Virus record (IMG/VR): IMGVR_UViG_3300025120_000267
Coordinates: 1 to 32,902 of that record
Source of the DNA: a virus
Taxonomy: Duplodnaviria > Caudoviricetes
Direction: 5' to 3' (one strand)
DNA: 32,902 nucleotides
A program made the position numbers and the translations under genes. Shown in pieces: positions 18,601 through 27,244 of the stretch (position 1 is its first letter; every line of letters starts with the position of its first letter). Below the pieces are notes generated by a model. That model did not search any database. It was not told the DNA's origin and saw only the letters and a program-made list of their open reading frames with translations.

Positions 18601-20679
18601 GATAGGCAATTAAGATATGGTAGATTTAATGGTGGTGATGAAAAAAACTTTTCAGAAACCTTTTTAAGAGGTGTTAGAATTATAGCTAAACCTAAAGCAA
18701 TTGGAACACAAAAGCCTAATTTTGATAATGCTTCATTATCATATGTTACAAATGGAGAATTTAACGATTATCGCTTTTCGGTTATGTTGGTTCCTAACCT
18801 TCCTAATAAACCAGAAAATGAAATTAAGTTTATTAAAAATGAAAAGTGGAAAACTGTTGTGATGTTAATTTCATTAAAGTTTGATGATCCATGTTTAAAT
18901 AATGGTGCTGAAATAATTGATAGAACTACTCTTTATTCATTAGAGAGTAAATATAAAGTAGATGCTACATGTGCACCTGTTGATCCAGTTCAATATTTAG
19001 ATAGTACATTACAAGGTGCAATTCAATTTGACAATGCTGTAGTTGATGTAAACACAGGATTTATTACAATAAGTGGTATTCCAGATGTTAATGGAAACCC
19101 TCCAAGATTTTTGGATGATTTATCTATTGGGCTAAATGGTGGTTTTGGTACTATTGAATTTGTAGCCGGCGGTGCTACTTTTGTAATTAGTGGTATTCAA
19201 GAAATAGTTTCACAGTCTCAATTAATTGCTGCTACAGTAACTAGGAACGGTGCACCTTGGATTTTACCGAGTCTTTCTCCTAATACATATGATTTAATTA
19301 GAACTTCATATATAATAAAAGGTGGAGGTTTTAGGGCATATCAGAATAGATTAAATCAAGTTGGTTTTGCTGAAATATTTGAAGCTGTTAATTTAGGTAA
19401 CCCAGATATAATTTATCAAACTATTGACAAAGAAGGAAACCAAGTTCTAAATAGTGATGGTAGTTTATCACAAACATTCTCCATAGAACTAAGGGCACAA
19501 GAAGATATACTTAAATCAGTTTATGTTGGTGTTTTACCAGATCCTGCTAAACCAACATCATTTAATTTAACAGATGTTATTGGTTATGATTTATCCTTAC
19601 AAAAATCTCCTAGAATTACACCGATTGGTAGACATGCAGGTTATTATCAACCGACTGCTCTTTCAATATTATCTTTTAGAGATCCTTATATGAATATAGA
19701 CTTTTCTAGTGGAAGCACAGGTAGTTCTACAACAGGTAACGATATTAAAGATGAGGCCTATAAATTGAAAGTATTAGAATTATGTAAATATAAAAATACT
19801 CAGTTTAATAGCAGTTATGTTGATTTTGGTCAATTACAAAATTTCTTTTATCATAAAGTAAATGAACAAGACCCATCAACTATATTAGAATTATCATCTG
19901 ATAGTGCATTCCCTAGCTTATATCCTTTAATTAATGAGTGGGGTATCGACTATAAAGATTTTTATACATTCTCTTCTAATTGGGAACCTTCTTATTTTAT
20001 TAAAAGTATTGATAAAACTTTAATAGAAGATGTAATAGGTACGCGATCAATGAAAGAAAAGAAATCATTTTTTGGTTCTAAATATTTAAAAGTACCAGAA
20101 GAAATAATATTAGAAACATTTACACCTGATCCATTTTTTAAAGGTGCTATAAAACAGCCAAGTTTAGTAGATGGAACCTTTATGCACCAAGATACTCCAT
20201 CAGTAACACTTACTAAAAGAGAAATACAAACTGTTAATGGAAGGAGCATATTAAATAAAAAGAAAAAGCCATCGGCTCCTAATGTAATGTTTTATTTGTT
20301 TAATCAAAAAAGATTAGTAGAACATTTGTTTGAACCAATTAAAAAACAATTTCAAAAGTATGTAAAAGATTTATATGGGTTTGGAGATTTAGAAACTTTA
20401 GACGATGATGTAAATAGATACATAACAGAAAATATATTAAAGCTTTATAAAATTGAAAGAGTAGATTTTTACACTTTAGCATCTAGAAATAATCAAGATG
20501 ATACTTATACTACTGCTGAATTAACAAATACAGAAAAAGCTGCTGCTGGGTTGACTATTAATGAAAATGTATCGTCAAAAACATTAAATACAAATCCATT
20601 TGATTTAAGGCTAATATATAATAAAAGAACAGGTTTCTCTGAATCGTATGGGTTCAGTGTAACTATAGTTAAAAAATAA
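15664..20679 (+). CDS. Very large hypothetical virion protein
   Basis: 1671-aa intact ORF in the structural module, preceded by a promoter-like motif. It is beta-rich with a Pro/Gly-rich insert; no enzyme motif recognised. Confidence 0.6.
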   Translation: MAQNLLDKASYSVVRTNPKLTGNVKVVSDGTDIYLESFSANTRLSSQRYKAFKVDGSNTYDQDVFRFFNSGKFPKEAAYQVFQEFEDTSVLSSYSNQYEMFYAAGTRSVASESYSQSLGTLAPLWLNEQIPNYFVIFRLDNPAAVNNINAATENAGSVNAQTSANFSKQVLENCTAIKTFDLSEGTTLGSYIRNYRNQEEFPEVPLTISWRKDEPILWNGINYNKGGFTSSGSYAYGDLITKDATIIENEYFFTQGFQNNGVLLANLLNLEFLFDDVNAPEYSINRYFGMYVNEIEEGNFDLSGIGFFKNTEKSQLPTIKTITEVSQFLNTPFEITNEEGILLFLDPNKTTTVTGLPTPTRVNEVESVFYVKDKEDDFHTIKKGSRWDKDQLRLFDKKIDISLLTGYKEPDTYANASLISRQGKAQMNMKIVGNPAKIPAPPGTALAGVGPWPIPAGNQVVSAGSTVQVYSPSGNILIGSIFTTNTASGVVPVDTIVQTVSYNYTGLTSSPSYPVIVSITLNNDVTLDNNSSVIFTSPNPIIDQVPDGSTIKFYDGVELTGMITASRAMVPTPGKSNQYFFNPSGTVQEVAQAMTTAINRGISENKRFFSASINNDTVYVISRFGGSRFNQLNFKMDLGYPLQTTNITTYPLTSASDLSKNFVGGNDTENALLKVELGDQERFIKGNFVESTGGYAEIGNFVPYTDEPIYDGLNNQIGYTDIEKYVILTCNDNQIMITGSNQVALYSDYKPSFGRFSFFDVRDFDVDFYSNLYSQEGELTFEKAEYNQSVPGLSGPDYTGISSTPEIREFYDTGGFFNLVGLLKPSSPDNVVQDYIASEYIRLEENFLTSQATISRIIPYINKWSWLNDGKDVRNHPYRLDLSESFGLNNFAPSKWDRGQNASGYTHEWYYLAEFPTYFTQDAIKSSWSYIDTAPVDDIPANTLTGQAYVPGTFQRVDKNYFNDYFIVEKFTTGGITEIDRQLRYGRFNGGDEKNFSETFLRGVRIIAKPKAIGTQKPNFDNASLSYVTNGEFNDYRFSVMLVPNLPNKPENEIKFIKNEKWKTVVMLISLKFDDPCLNNGAEIIDRTTLYSLESKYKVDATCAPVDPVQYLDSTLQGAIQFDNAVVDVNTGFITISGIPDVNGNPPRFLDDLSIGLNGGFGTIEFVAGGATFVISGIQEIVSQSQLIAATVTRNGAPWILPSLSPNTYDLIRTSYIIKGGGFRAYQNRLNQVGFAEIFEAVNLGNPDIIYQTIDKEGNQVLNSDGSLSQTFSIELRAQEDILKSVYVGVLPDPAKPTSFNLTDVIGYDLSLQKSPRITPIGRHAGYYQPTALSILSFRDPYMNIDFSSGSTGSSTTGNDIKDEAYKLKVLELCKYKNTQFNSSYVDFGQLQNFFYHKVNEQDPSTILELSSDSAFPSLYPLINEWGIDYKDFYTFSSNWEPSYFIKSIDKTLIEDVIGTRSMKEKKSFFGSKYLKVPEEIILETFTPDPFFKGAIKQPSLVDGTFMHQDTPSVTLTKREIQTVNGRSILNKKKKPSAPNVMFYLFNQKRLVEHLFEPIKKQFQKYVKDLYGFGDLETLDDDVNRYITENILKLYKIERVDFYTLASRNNQDDTYTTAELTNTEKAAAGLTINENVSSKTLNTNPFDLRLIYNKRTGFSESYGFSVTIVKK
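20613..20626 (+). promoter_or_regulatory. Putative late promoter motif inside the end of the 1671-aa gene
   Basis: AATATATAATAAAA, identical to 2225-2238, about 60 nt upstream of the fibre gene. Confidence 0.4.
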
Positions 20680-20688
20680 TAAAAAGAA

Positions 20689-23367
20689 ATGCCAATTACT
20701 ATACAAGAAATTATAGCATCGGATACTATTTCACAACTAGTTGATAAAACAAATTTTAATTTTGATCAGCTATTACTTAACGGTGGTGGACCTGCGGGTC
20801 CTATAGGTCCGGCTGGCCCAATCGGTCCTGCTGGTGGTAGAGGACCAAAGGGTAGTACTTGGTATGAAGATAATTCAATAACCACTCCTGGTGTTAGCCC
20901 TAATGTTACCCCACCTACAGCAACACCATTAGAAGGAGATTACTATTTACAATTTAATGGTCAGGTATGGGAATATAATGGAACAACTTGGGTTATCACT
21001 ACGATAGATTTACAAGGGCCTACAGGTCCGGCTGGAATATCTGGTGGATTTGGTTCATTTTTCGGACAAGGAAATATTAATAATTTAAACACTACTTTAC
21101 CTACACCTGCAGGTATTGGTGGTACTGGTGCAACAAATACCAATGAAGGTATTTTAACTGTTTTGATCGGTGGTGCCGCAAGCAATACATCCGAAGCATC
21201 ATCTGGCATTTCATTGACACCTGCTTATCAATTAAACGATACTCTTGCTCTTTCTATGGCATCTGATCAAGTATCTTTAATGGTTCACCAACGAGATGTT
21301 AATAGTAGAGCAATAGTTCTTCATGGTGGTGCTGGAACAGGAGGGCTTAATCCTGATAATTTTGACCAGACTAACTTAGGTTTATTAAGTGCTATTAAAC
21401 TAGGGGTTGATGATAGGATGGTATTAGAAGTACCAAAACCTGCAACATCACCAGGTACTAATAATCAAGTAATAGGATTTCAAGTAGACACAGGAGTTGG
21501 CGGAAGAGGACAAGATTTCTTTTCAGGTGGTCGTATAACTATGTCTAGTGGTAATAATGCAACACCGTATGGTTTTGCTGGTGAAAATCAAAATATTGAA
21601 TTAACAGTAGGTACAGGTAGTACAGGAGTACCGCCAATAGGTAATAAGTTTAGAGTATCAAGTGGAGGTACTCAAGGTAGAGGTTATTTTGAATTTGGTA
21701 CAGGGATAGTACCAGGACCTTTTTCTTCACCAGCCGCTGGTGGTTCTGCAGGTATAAATGCAAACATGGCATTAGTTTCAAAAAATATATTTTTACAAGG
21801 AAGTGACGATGGTAAAATACAAGGTGTTGCGGGTGGTGGTATTGCTTTTTCATCTGTTTTGACCGGTGGTACTGGTAATATGGATTTAGCAGCCGGTAAA
21901 GGTGGATTAACTATTTCATCTCTGGGCGCTGTAGAAATGTTAGTTAAAGGTAGTGGTAACGCTAGCGACATGACAATCAGTAATGAATATAATGGGGCTA
22001 ACAATGCTATAGGACAACTTTACATATTAGGTAATAAAGATATTGCAATAAGAAAACAAACATTATCTGCAATTAATGCACCAAGTATAATATTAAATTA
22101 CACAAATGCAACAGCTCCACATACTCGATTTGTAGGAGAACAAACATGGACAAAGGTAGGGCAGACTTCACAGGGTCCTATTTTATCAGATGATGGTGGT
22201 TCAATATATCAATTTAATAGTGTGGAGGGTGTATTGGCAACACCAGGGGCATCTGAATCTTTTAGAAGAGTTGGTAGTAAAAATACTATTGATTTTTCAC
22301 CAGGAGGATCTCTTGAACAATGGATGTTAGGAAAAGGTACAGTCTCACAGGTTGAAGGGAATCAAATTTCTGTTAGTGTCGGTGATGAAAGCTTAACTAA
22401 TCCAGTACCAACTACATATAGCCCATCTACAGGTTCAAATGGAAACGATGGAGCTTATGATCCATCTTTTGATTCTAGTTTAGGTATAGAGGTTAGAACT
22501 AGTGATGGTCTACCGGGTGGAGTTAGACAATTCTTTAATGCTAATGCACAGAAAATATCAATAGCCGCACCTTTAGTTTTTAAGAGAAGTCAAAACAGAA
22601 ATGCCAATGGTAATAAGACACCTATTTATGATTCTCCGGAATATCTAAATGAGGTAACACAGGGACCTCCTTATGGTGGACAAGGTAATTATTCATCTTT
22701 TGGTTTTGATTTTATGAGTAATATAAGTTATGCTTCTACTGCTCAATTAACATCCGGTATGCCGACTACTGCTGATCTTGCAAAAGCCCCATTGATATTT
22801 TTAAGATTTGGTTTCGGTGTAGGACAGAGGTCGACAAGTGTAGCTAGGCCAGCAGTTGGAGGACAAATATTTGTTGATGCTTATGATAATAGTTTTAAAT
22901 TTCCACTTGGTGCATACCCAGGACAAAAAATAATAGTAGTTATAGAAAATTATTCTACACTAGGACAGTATATGAACGATATAGCTCAAGGAGGAGGAAC
23001 TTTGACCTTTAGGAATTATGGTACAGTAAGAATTAATTTCCCACAGAACCGAAAATGGTTTCCATCTGGAGGATTTTGGAGTGATTGGTATGAAAATGGC
23101 TCGGCTGCAACAAATGGACTTTATTTAGCTGATGGTACAAGAGGATATAAACAAGTAACACTAGGAACTAATAGTGTTGATGCTAATGATAGTAGAATGA
23201 GAAGAAAGGTTGTTGAATTGATATGGAACGGTAATATCACTAACTCATTTGCAAGGTATCAATCTATGGGTAATCCAAACGGAAGTAGAATCTATAACCA
23301 AAGTGGGTGGATGATCGCTAATGGTAGCAGCTTAGATAGAAATGAATTAAATGTAAACGCTTTTTAA
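20689..23367 (+). CDS. Tail fibre / collagen-like fibre protein
   Basis: N-terminal attachment motif (EIIASDTISQLVDKTNFNFDQL), Gly-X-Y run GPAGPIGPAGPIGPAGGRGPKG, 'GDYYLQFNGQVWEYNGTTW' module, Gly/Ser/Thr-rich shaft and a C-terminal beta domain. Confidence 0.7.
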   Translation: MPITIQEIIASDTISQLVDKTNFNFDQLLLNGGGPAGPIGPAGPIGPAGGRGPKGSTWYEDNSITTPGVSPNVTPPTATPLEGDYYLQFNGQVWEYNGTTWVITTIDLQGPTGPAGISGGFGSFFGQGNINNLNTTLPTPAGIGGTGATNTNEGILTVLIGGAASNTSEASSGISLTPAYQLNDTLALSMASDQVSLMVHQRDVNSRAIVLHGGAGTGGLNPDNFDQTNLGLLSAIKLGVDDRMVLEVPKPATSPGTNNQVIGFQVDTGVGGRGQDFFSGGRITMSSGNNATPYGFAGENQNIELTVGTGSTGVPPIGNKFRVSSGGTQGRGYFEFGTGIVPGPFSSPAAGGSAGINANMALVSKNIFLQGSDDGKIQGVAGGGIAFSSVLTGGTGNMDLAAGKGGLTISSLGAVEMLVKGSGNASDMTISNEYNGANNAIGQLYILGNKDIAIRKQTLSAINAPSIILNYTNATAPHTRFVGEQTWTKVGQTSQGPILSDDGGSIYQFNSVEGVLATPGASESFRRVGSKNTIDFSPGGSLEQWMLGKGTVSQVEGNQISVSVGDESLTNPVPTTYSPSTGSNGNDGAYDPSFDSSLGIEVRTSDGLPGGVRQFFNANAQKISIAAPLVFKRSQNRNANGNKTPIYDSPEYLNEVTQGPPYGGQGNYSSFGFDFMSNISYASTAQLTSGMPTTADLAKAPLIFLRFGFGVGQRSTSVARPAVGGQIFVDAYDNSFKFPLGAYPGQKIIVVIENYSTLGQYMNDIAQGGGTLTFRNYGTVRINFPQNRKWFPSGGFWSDWYENGSAATNGLYLADGTRGYKQVTLGTNSVDANDSRMRRKVVELIWNGNITNSFARYQSMGNPNGSRIYNQSGWMIANGSSLDRNELNVNAF
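20788..20853 (+). repeat. Collagen-like Gly-X-Y repeat (7 triplets)
   Basis: GPA GPI GPA GPI GPA GGR GPK G read directly. A second short run GPTGPAGISG lies at ~21016-21045. Confidence 0.9.
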
Positions 23368-23369
23368 AA

Positions 23370-23606
23370 ATGACAAAAAAAGAAATAAAAGAACTAAATG
23401 AATATGTAAGTAGATATAGAGAAATTCAACTTTCTTTAGATCTTATGCAAAAAAGTATTGAAAGTTTAGCAAAGAAAAGAGATGGTCTATTTGAAGAAGT
23501 AGACACCATGAAACTTACAGAAAAAAAGTTTATGGATAAAATAGTAAAAAGGTATGGAGCATCAGAAGTTACTCCTAATAAATTATTACAGTATATAAAG
23601 GGATGA
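23370..23606 (+). CDS. Small coiled-coil protein (possible fibre chaperone or lysis accessory)
   Basis: 78 aa, charged heptads. It starts 2 nt after the fibre gene and overlaps the next gene by ATGA. Confidence 0.55.
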   Translation: MTKKEIKELNEYVSRYREIQLSLDLMQKSIESLAKKRDGLFEEVDTMKLTEKKFMDKIVKRYGASEVTPNKLLQYIKG

Positions 23607-24388
23607 TATTAATATTTAAAAATATTCTTGGTATTCTGACAGACCCAAAGAACACGAGAATGTTTTTATTGGGAGGTATTGCTGTGCTATTATTTTTATT
23701 AGTGAGACAGTGTAATGAAACTGAAAATGCAAAAGGTGAAGTTACTAGAATTCAAAATAATTTAATAGCAGCTAATGATACTATTAAAAATTATGTAAAT
23801 GAAAAGGGTGAATCGGTTGGAGAAATAAAAGGATTAACATTAACTCTTGAAGAATTACAAGATAGCTTAAAGGTTGAGAAAATGAAACCGCCTATAACTA
23901 TTGTTAAGTATAAAACAATTATTAAAGAAAAAATTGTAGAAGTACCAGTTATTTCTACAGACACTTTAATAAAGCAAGGTAATAATGAATTTAATTCTGT
24001 TCTTTCTTTTAGTTCAGATAGTACATGGGAAAAAAGTTCAAGAAGTTTAGGTGTTTCAGTTCCTTATACTATAGGTGATGTTTTAACGTTTGGAAATGCA
24101 TCTATAGATCTTGCACAAAATATTTGGTTAAATGCTACACTATCACAGGATCAAAAAACTAAAGAAGTTTTTATTCAATTAACTTCGGATTATCCTGGTA
24201 CTACTTTTAATAGCGCACAAGGAATAATGATTGATACAAAAAGTTCTGCATTTAAAAGTTTACAGATGCAAAATAGAAAGCCGTTTGGTTTAGGAGTTAA
24301 TATGGGTATGGGTATAACAGGAGATGGTACATTTGGTCCTTATATAGGTTTAGGTGTTTCTTGGAATCCAAAGCTTTTACAATGGTAA
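23603..24388 (+). CDS. Membrane-anchored spanin-like protein
   Basis: Hydrophobic segment MFLLGGIAVLLFLLV followed by RQC (the only Cys), a coiled coil, and a C-terminal amphipathic beta-hairpin FGLGVNMGMGITGDGTFGPYIGLGVSWN. Confidence 0.5.
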   Translation: MILIFKNILGILTDPKNTRMFLLGGIAVLLFLLVRQCNETENAKGEVTRIQNNLIAANDTIKNYVNEKGESVGEIKGLTLTLEELQDSLKVEKMKPPITIVKYKTIIKEKIVEVPVISTDTLIKQGNNEFNSVLSFSSDSTWEKSSRSLGVSVPYTIGDVLTFGNASIDLAQNIWLNATLSQDQKTKEVFIQLTSDYPGTTFNSAQGIMIDTKSSAFKSLQMQNRKPFGLGVNMGMGITGDGTFGPYIGLGVSWNPKLLQW

Positions 24389-24396
24389 ATAAATAG
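24388..24396 (+). promoter_or_regulatory. Putative late promoter motif (AATAAATAG)
   Basis: ATAWATA motif overlapping the previous stop codon, just upstream of the 457-aa gene. Confidence 0.3.
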
Positions 24397-24402
24397 AATA
24401 GA

Positions 24403-25776
24403 ATGGAATCATCAAGGTTTATACAAATATCACCACAGATCTTAATAGAATATATCTATACAGATCAGGCAGCTCCTACTACATTCAATACGGCTACAAC
24501 ACCAATTGAATTAATGAGGGATGGCCATACTAATGGAACATACTTCTTTAATACAGATTCCGTTTCAGCTGTTATGGGTAACTATAGAGATATATCTGCC
24601 GCTGCTATTAATGCTAATAAAACACAATATGTTTCTTTAAATACAGACATAGGTGTACCTTATAATGATTTTGATCCATTACTTACAGACTCTGCTCAAC
24701 TGTTACAAACATTTAGTCCTGAATTAGATGTTGCTTATGATAAGATGAAAATTCATTTTATAGCAGGTTTTAGTTTTGAAGGTTTTGATGGAATTGTATT
24801 TGAAGCATTAGCACCAAGGAGAGATAGTGTTATGGTTAATTTTGCTTCTATTAATTTTACACCATTAGACACACCGGTATTTAATCCAGATCCTTTATTA
24901 TTAGGTGATAAGTTATATGCTACTTATATTGAATGGAGAGTACCTTCTTTATATTTTATGGTTAATGCATCTAATGCAGCACAACCTAATGGTTTAGCAT
25001 ATAAGATTACGGAAGGTAAAGGTTTCTTAAGTACTCCACCTATTACATTAAAGGCAACAGGTATTTATGAGACTATTACAGAAAATGCATATAGTTTTTA
25101 TAATATGCAAGAAATTAATTCTGTGTCTATCTTATCACGAGATATTTATAGTAATTTACATGCGGTAGTTAAAGACGCCGATGACGGTGATTATTTTACA
25201 CTACACGGTGATGTAACTGGATCATCTTTAAGTAATTTTATTGCTACACTAAATTCATCAGGTGGAAATTATGTAGTGTTTTACGAGATCGCTGTAGTAG
25301 AACAAGTAGGGGTTGTTTTCTCTACTACATCAACACAAGTCTTTACACAAAATGGCAATTTTGATGAACCTATATTGTATAGGCCAATTATACAAAATGC
25401 TAATACTGCTGTTTCTTTTAAGATTAATTTATCTATGAGATTATTTAATAAAGCTGATAGTACACAGATTATTAAAAATGCTAGTCTTACCTCGTTTGAT
25501 ACGCAGAGATATGGCAAGAAAATGTTAACTTTAAATTTAGGAGTTGTTCCAACCGTGGCTAACGTTTACAATCAGATTAATAATGATACTGGAAAACAAA
25601 TAGTTGTAGGTGGCGGAAAAAGCGAAAGGTTAGAGGTTGATGGTGAGATAGAAACTGTAACTGAAACTATAATTCAAACATCATACGTAACTTCTTTTAG
25701 AGATAGAATAAAAGTTAAAGCAGCCATATCACCAGTTAAAATACAAACAATAACAGATACAGAAAATGCCGATTAA
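24403..25776 (+). CDS. Hypothetical virion protein
   Basis: 457-aa beta-rich ORF with an upstream promoter-like motif, in structural context. Confidence 0.55.
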   Translation: MESSRFIQISPQILIEYIYTDQAAPTTFNTATTPIELMRDGHTNGTYFFNTDSVSAVMGNYRDISAAAINANKTQYVSLNTDIGVPYNDFDPLLTDSAQLLQTFSPELDVAYDKMKIHFIAGFSFEGFDGIVFEALAPRRDSVMVNFASINFTPLDTPVFNPDPLLLGDKLYATYIEWRVPSLYFMVNASNAAQPNGLAYKITEGKGFLSTPPITLKATGIYETITENAYSFYNMQEINSVSILSRDIYSNLHAVVKDADDGDYFTLHGDVTGSSLSNFIATLNSSGGNYVVFYEIAVVEQVGVVFSTTSTQVFTQNGNFDEPILYRPIIQNANTAVSFKINLSMRLFNKADSTQIIKNASLTSFDTQRYGKKMLTLNLGVVPTVANVYNQINNDTGKQIVVGGGKSERLEVDGEIETVTETIIQTSYVTSFRDRIKVKAAISPVKIQTITDTENAD

Positions 25777-26653
25777 TACTAACATAACATTAACAGAAAA
25801 AGAAAAGACAATCTATCAAAGGTTTGTTAATTTATCAGTAAATGAAACGCCTTTACCTCAAGGGGATGCTACAATTAGGATATCGCCTTTTGATGATTAT
25901 TTCTTATTTACTATTTTTGATGAAATTGAAGGAGAAGACACTCCTATAGATTTAAGTAATGTCGGTGATATATTTATAAATTTTATTGGTCAGTCTGATG
26001 AAATTGATATAAAAAATTATACTCAAGTTGAAGAAATAGATTTAGCACAAGGGCAAGTTTTATTTAGAATTACTAGGAGTGATAGTAAAAAGATTATAGC
26101 TTTAGACAATAATAATTTTTATATCTCTACAAAGATGATAAGCCAAGAAGATGGTAGTGTATCAGATGAATCAATCTTATACCAAGGTATTTGGTTAGCA
26201 GCTGCTGATGCAAATAGAACATCTTTAACATCACAGATAGAAGATCAAAGAATACAGTATAGTATTGAATTAGCTGAGAAGGATGAGGAAATAAGAATTA
26301 GAAAGAAGAACAGGGATGAATTTGAAGAACGGTTGGATGAAGCTGCTCTAGCATTACAGGCTGCAAATGAGAATAACATTGAATTAGCAAATGAAAATGC
26401 ATTGTTAAGAGAACAGTTAGATGCAGCAGAGAATCAGCAACTACTGAGAAAGACACAAGATACACAAGCTTTAGCTGAAAGGGTTCTATTAAGAAGACAA
26501 CAAGAAGATGCAGCAAGAGAAAGTAGAAGAACAGCATCATCAGGATCCAGAAGAAGAGGTTTCTTTGCTGGTGCTGCAAGAAATTTAGAAAGATTTGCTA
26601 CGGGTGCAAGTGGGTATGCTGCTAGAAAACGAAGAGAAAGAAGAAATAATTAA
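25766..26653 (+). CDS. Ig/BppU-like domain + coiled coil + Arg-rich tail protein
   Basis: PIDLSNV...QGQVLFRITRSDS...FYIS resembles BppU-type Ig folds. An E/Q/A/L/R coiled coil spans residues ~155-245, followed by a basic tail ending ARKRRERRNN. Confidence 0.5.
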   Translation: MPINTNITLTEKEKTIYQRFVNLSVNETPLPQGDATIRISPFDDYFLFTIFDEIEGEDTPIDLSNVGDIFINFIGQSDEIDIKNYTQVEEIDLAQGQVLFRITRSDSKKIIALDNNNFYISTKMISQEDGSVSDESILYQGIWLAAADANRTSLTSQIEDQRIQYSIELAEKDEEIRIRKKNRDEFEERLDEAALALQAANENNIELANENALLREQLDAAENQQLLRKTQDTQALAERVLLRRQQEDAARESRRTASSGSRRRGFFAGAARNLERFATGASGYAARKRRERRNN

Positions 26654-26665
26654 AGATAATAAATT

Positions 26666-27220
26666 ATGTTATTAAGCGCAAGAAATAATCAATTTAAATT
26701 TGATTTCCCTAGAAATTTTATACCTGAACCTGTAGCTAAAAGATATAAACCATTTCTTAATCGTATACCTGGCGGTTTAATCAAAGAACCTATTGATTTT
26801 TGGAATTATGGAATACAATCAATTAATTTACCTGGCCCATCATTTGATCCAGTAACACAAAATGATTTTCCTGGTAATACTAGAAACTTTAGAGCTAGTG
26901 TTCCTAAGCAAGAATTATTTGATAAAAAATTAACAATAACTATGCAAGCTTTTGATGGTTATGTTAATTATTGGATGGCTGTTGAAATGTTTGATTATTA
27001 TTATCAACAAAGTGGAAAGAAACCATTTCTACCTGAGGGTGTTGGTATACAGATGTTAGATGCTGAAGGAACTATTTTTGTTACTATTCAATTAAAAGAT
27101 ATGATAATGAATAATGTAGGTGCTCTAGATTTAAACTTTTCCAGTAACACAATTGAATTTGAAACTTTTGAGATTGAATTTACATATAACATTTTAGATA
27201 TAGCAGTTAACATAACCTAA
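26666..27220 (+). CDS. Tail tube-fold protein (gp3 tail terminator/gp19-like)
   Basis: IQSINLPGPSF, LTITMQAFDGYVNYW, IQMLD...IQLKD and GALDLNF...FEIEFTY follow the gp3/gp19 tube-fold pattern. Length is 184 aa. Confidence 0.55.
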   Translation: MLLSARNNQFKFDFPRNFIPEPVAKRYKPFLNRIPGGLIKEPIDFWNYGIQSINLPGPSFDPVTQNDFPGNTRNFRASVPKQELFDKKLTITMQAFDGYVNYWMAVEMFDYYYQQSGKKPFLPEGVGIQMLDAEGTIFVTIQLKDMIMNNVGALDLNFSSNTIEFETFEIEFTYNILDIAVNIT

Positions 27221-27233
27221 TATATAAACAAAT
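27219..27233 (+). promoter_or_regulatory. Putative late promoter motif (AATATATAAACAAAT)
   Basis: Identical to positions 6-20. It ends 11 nt upstream of the ATG of the 118-aa gene. Confidence 0.5.
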
Positions 27234-27244
27234 AACTTACACAA

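Noticed and set aside
20689-23367. Diversity-generating retroelement target or invertible fibre cassette
   Set aside because: No reverse transcriptase, recombinase or duplicated template/variable repeat was seen in the window.
1330-27220. Bacterial contractile injection system/tailocin locus
   Set aside because: A neck protein and the adjoining T4-like replication genes (gp32, primase, UvsY, UvsW), with no bacterial housekeeping genes, indicate a phage genome.
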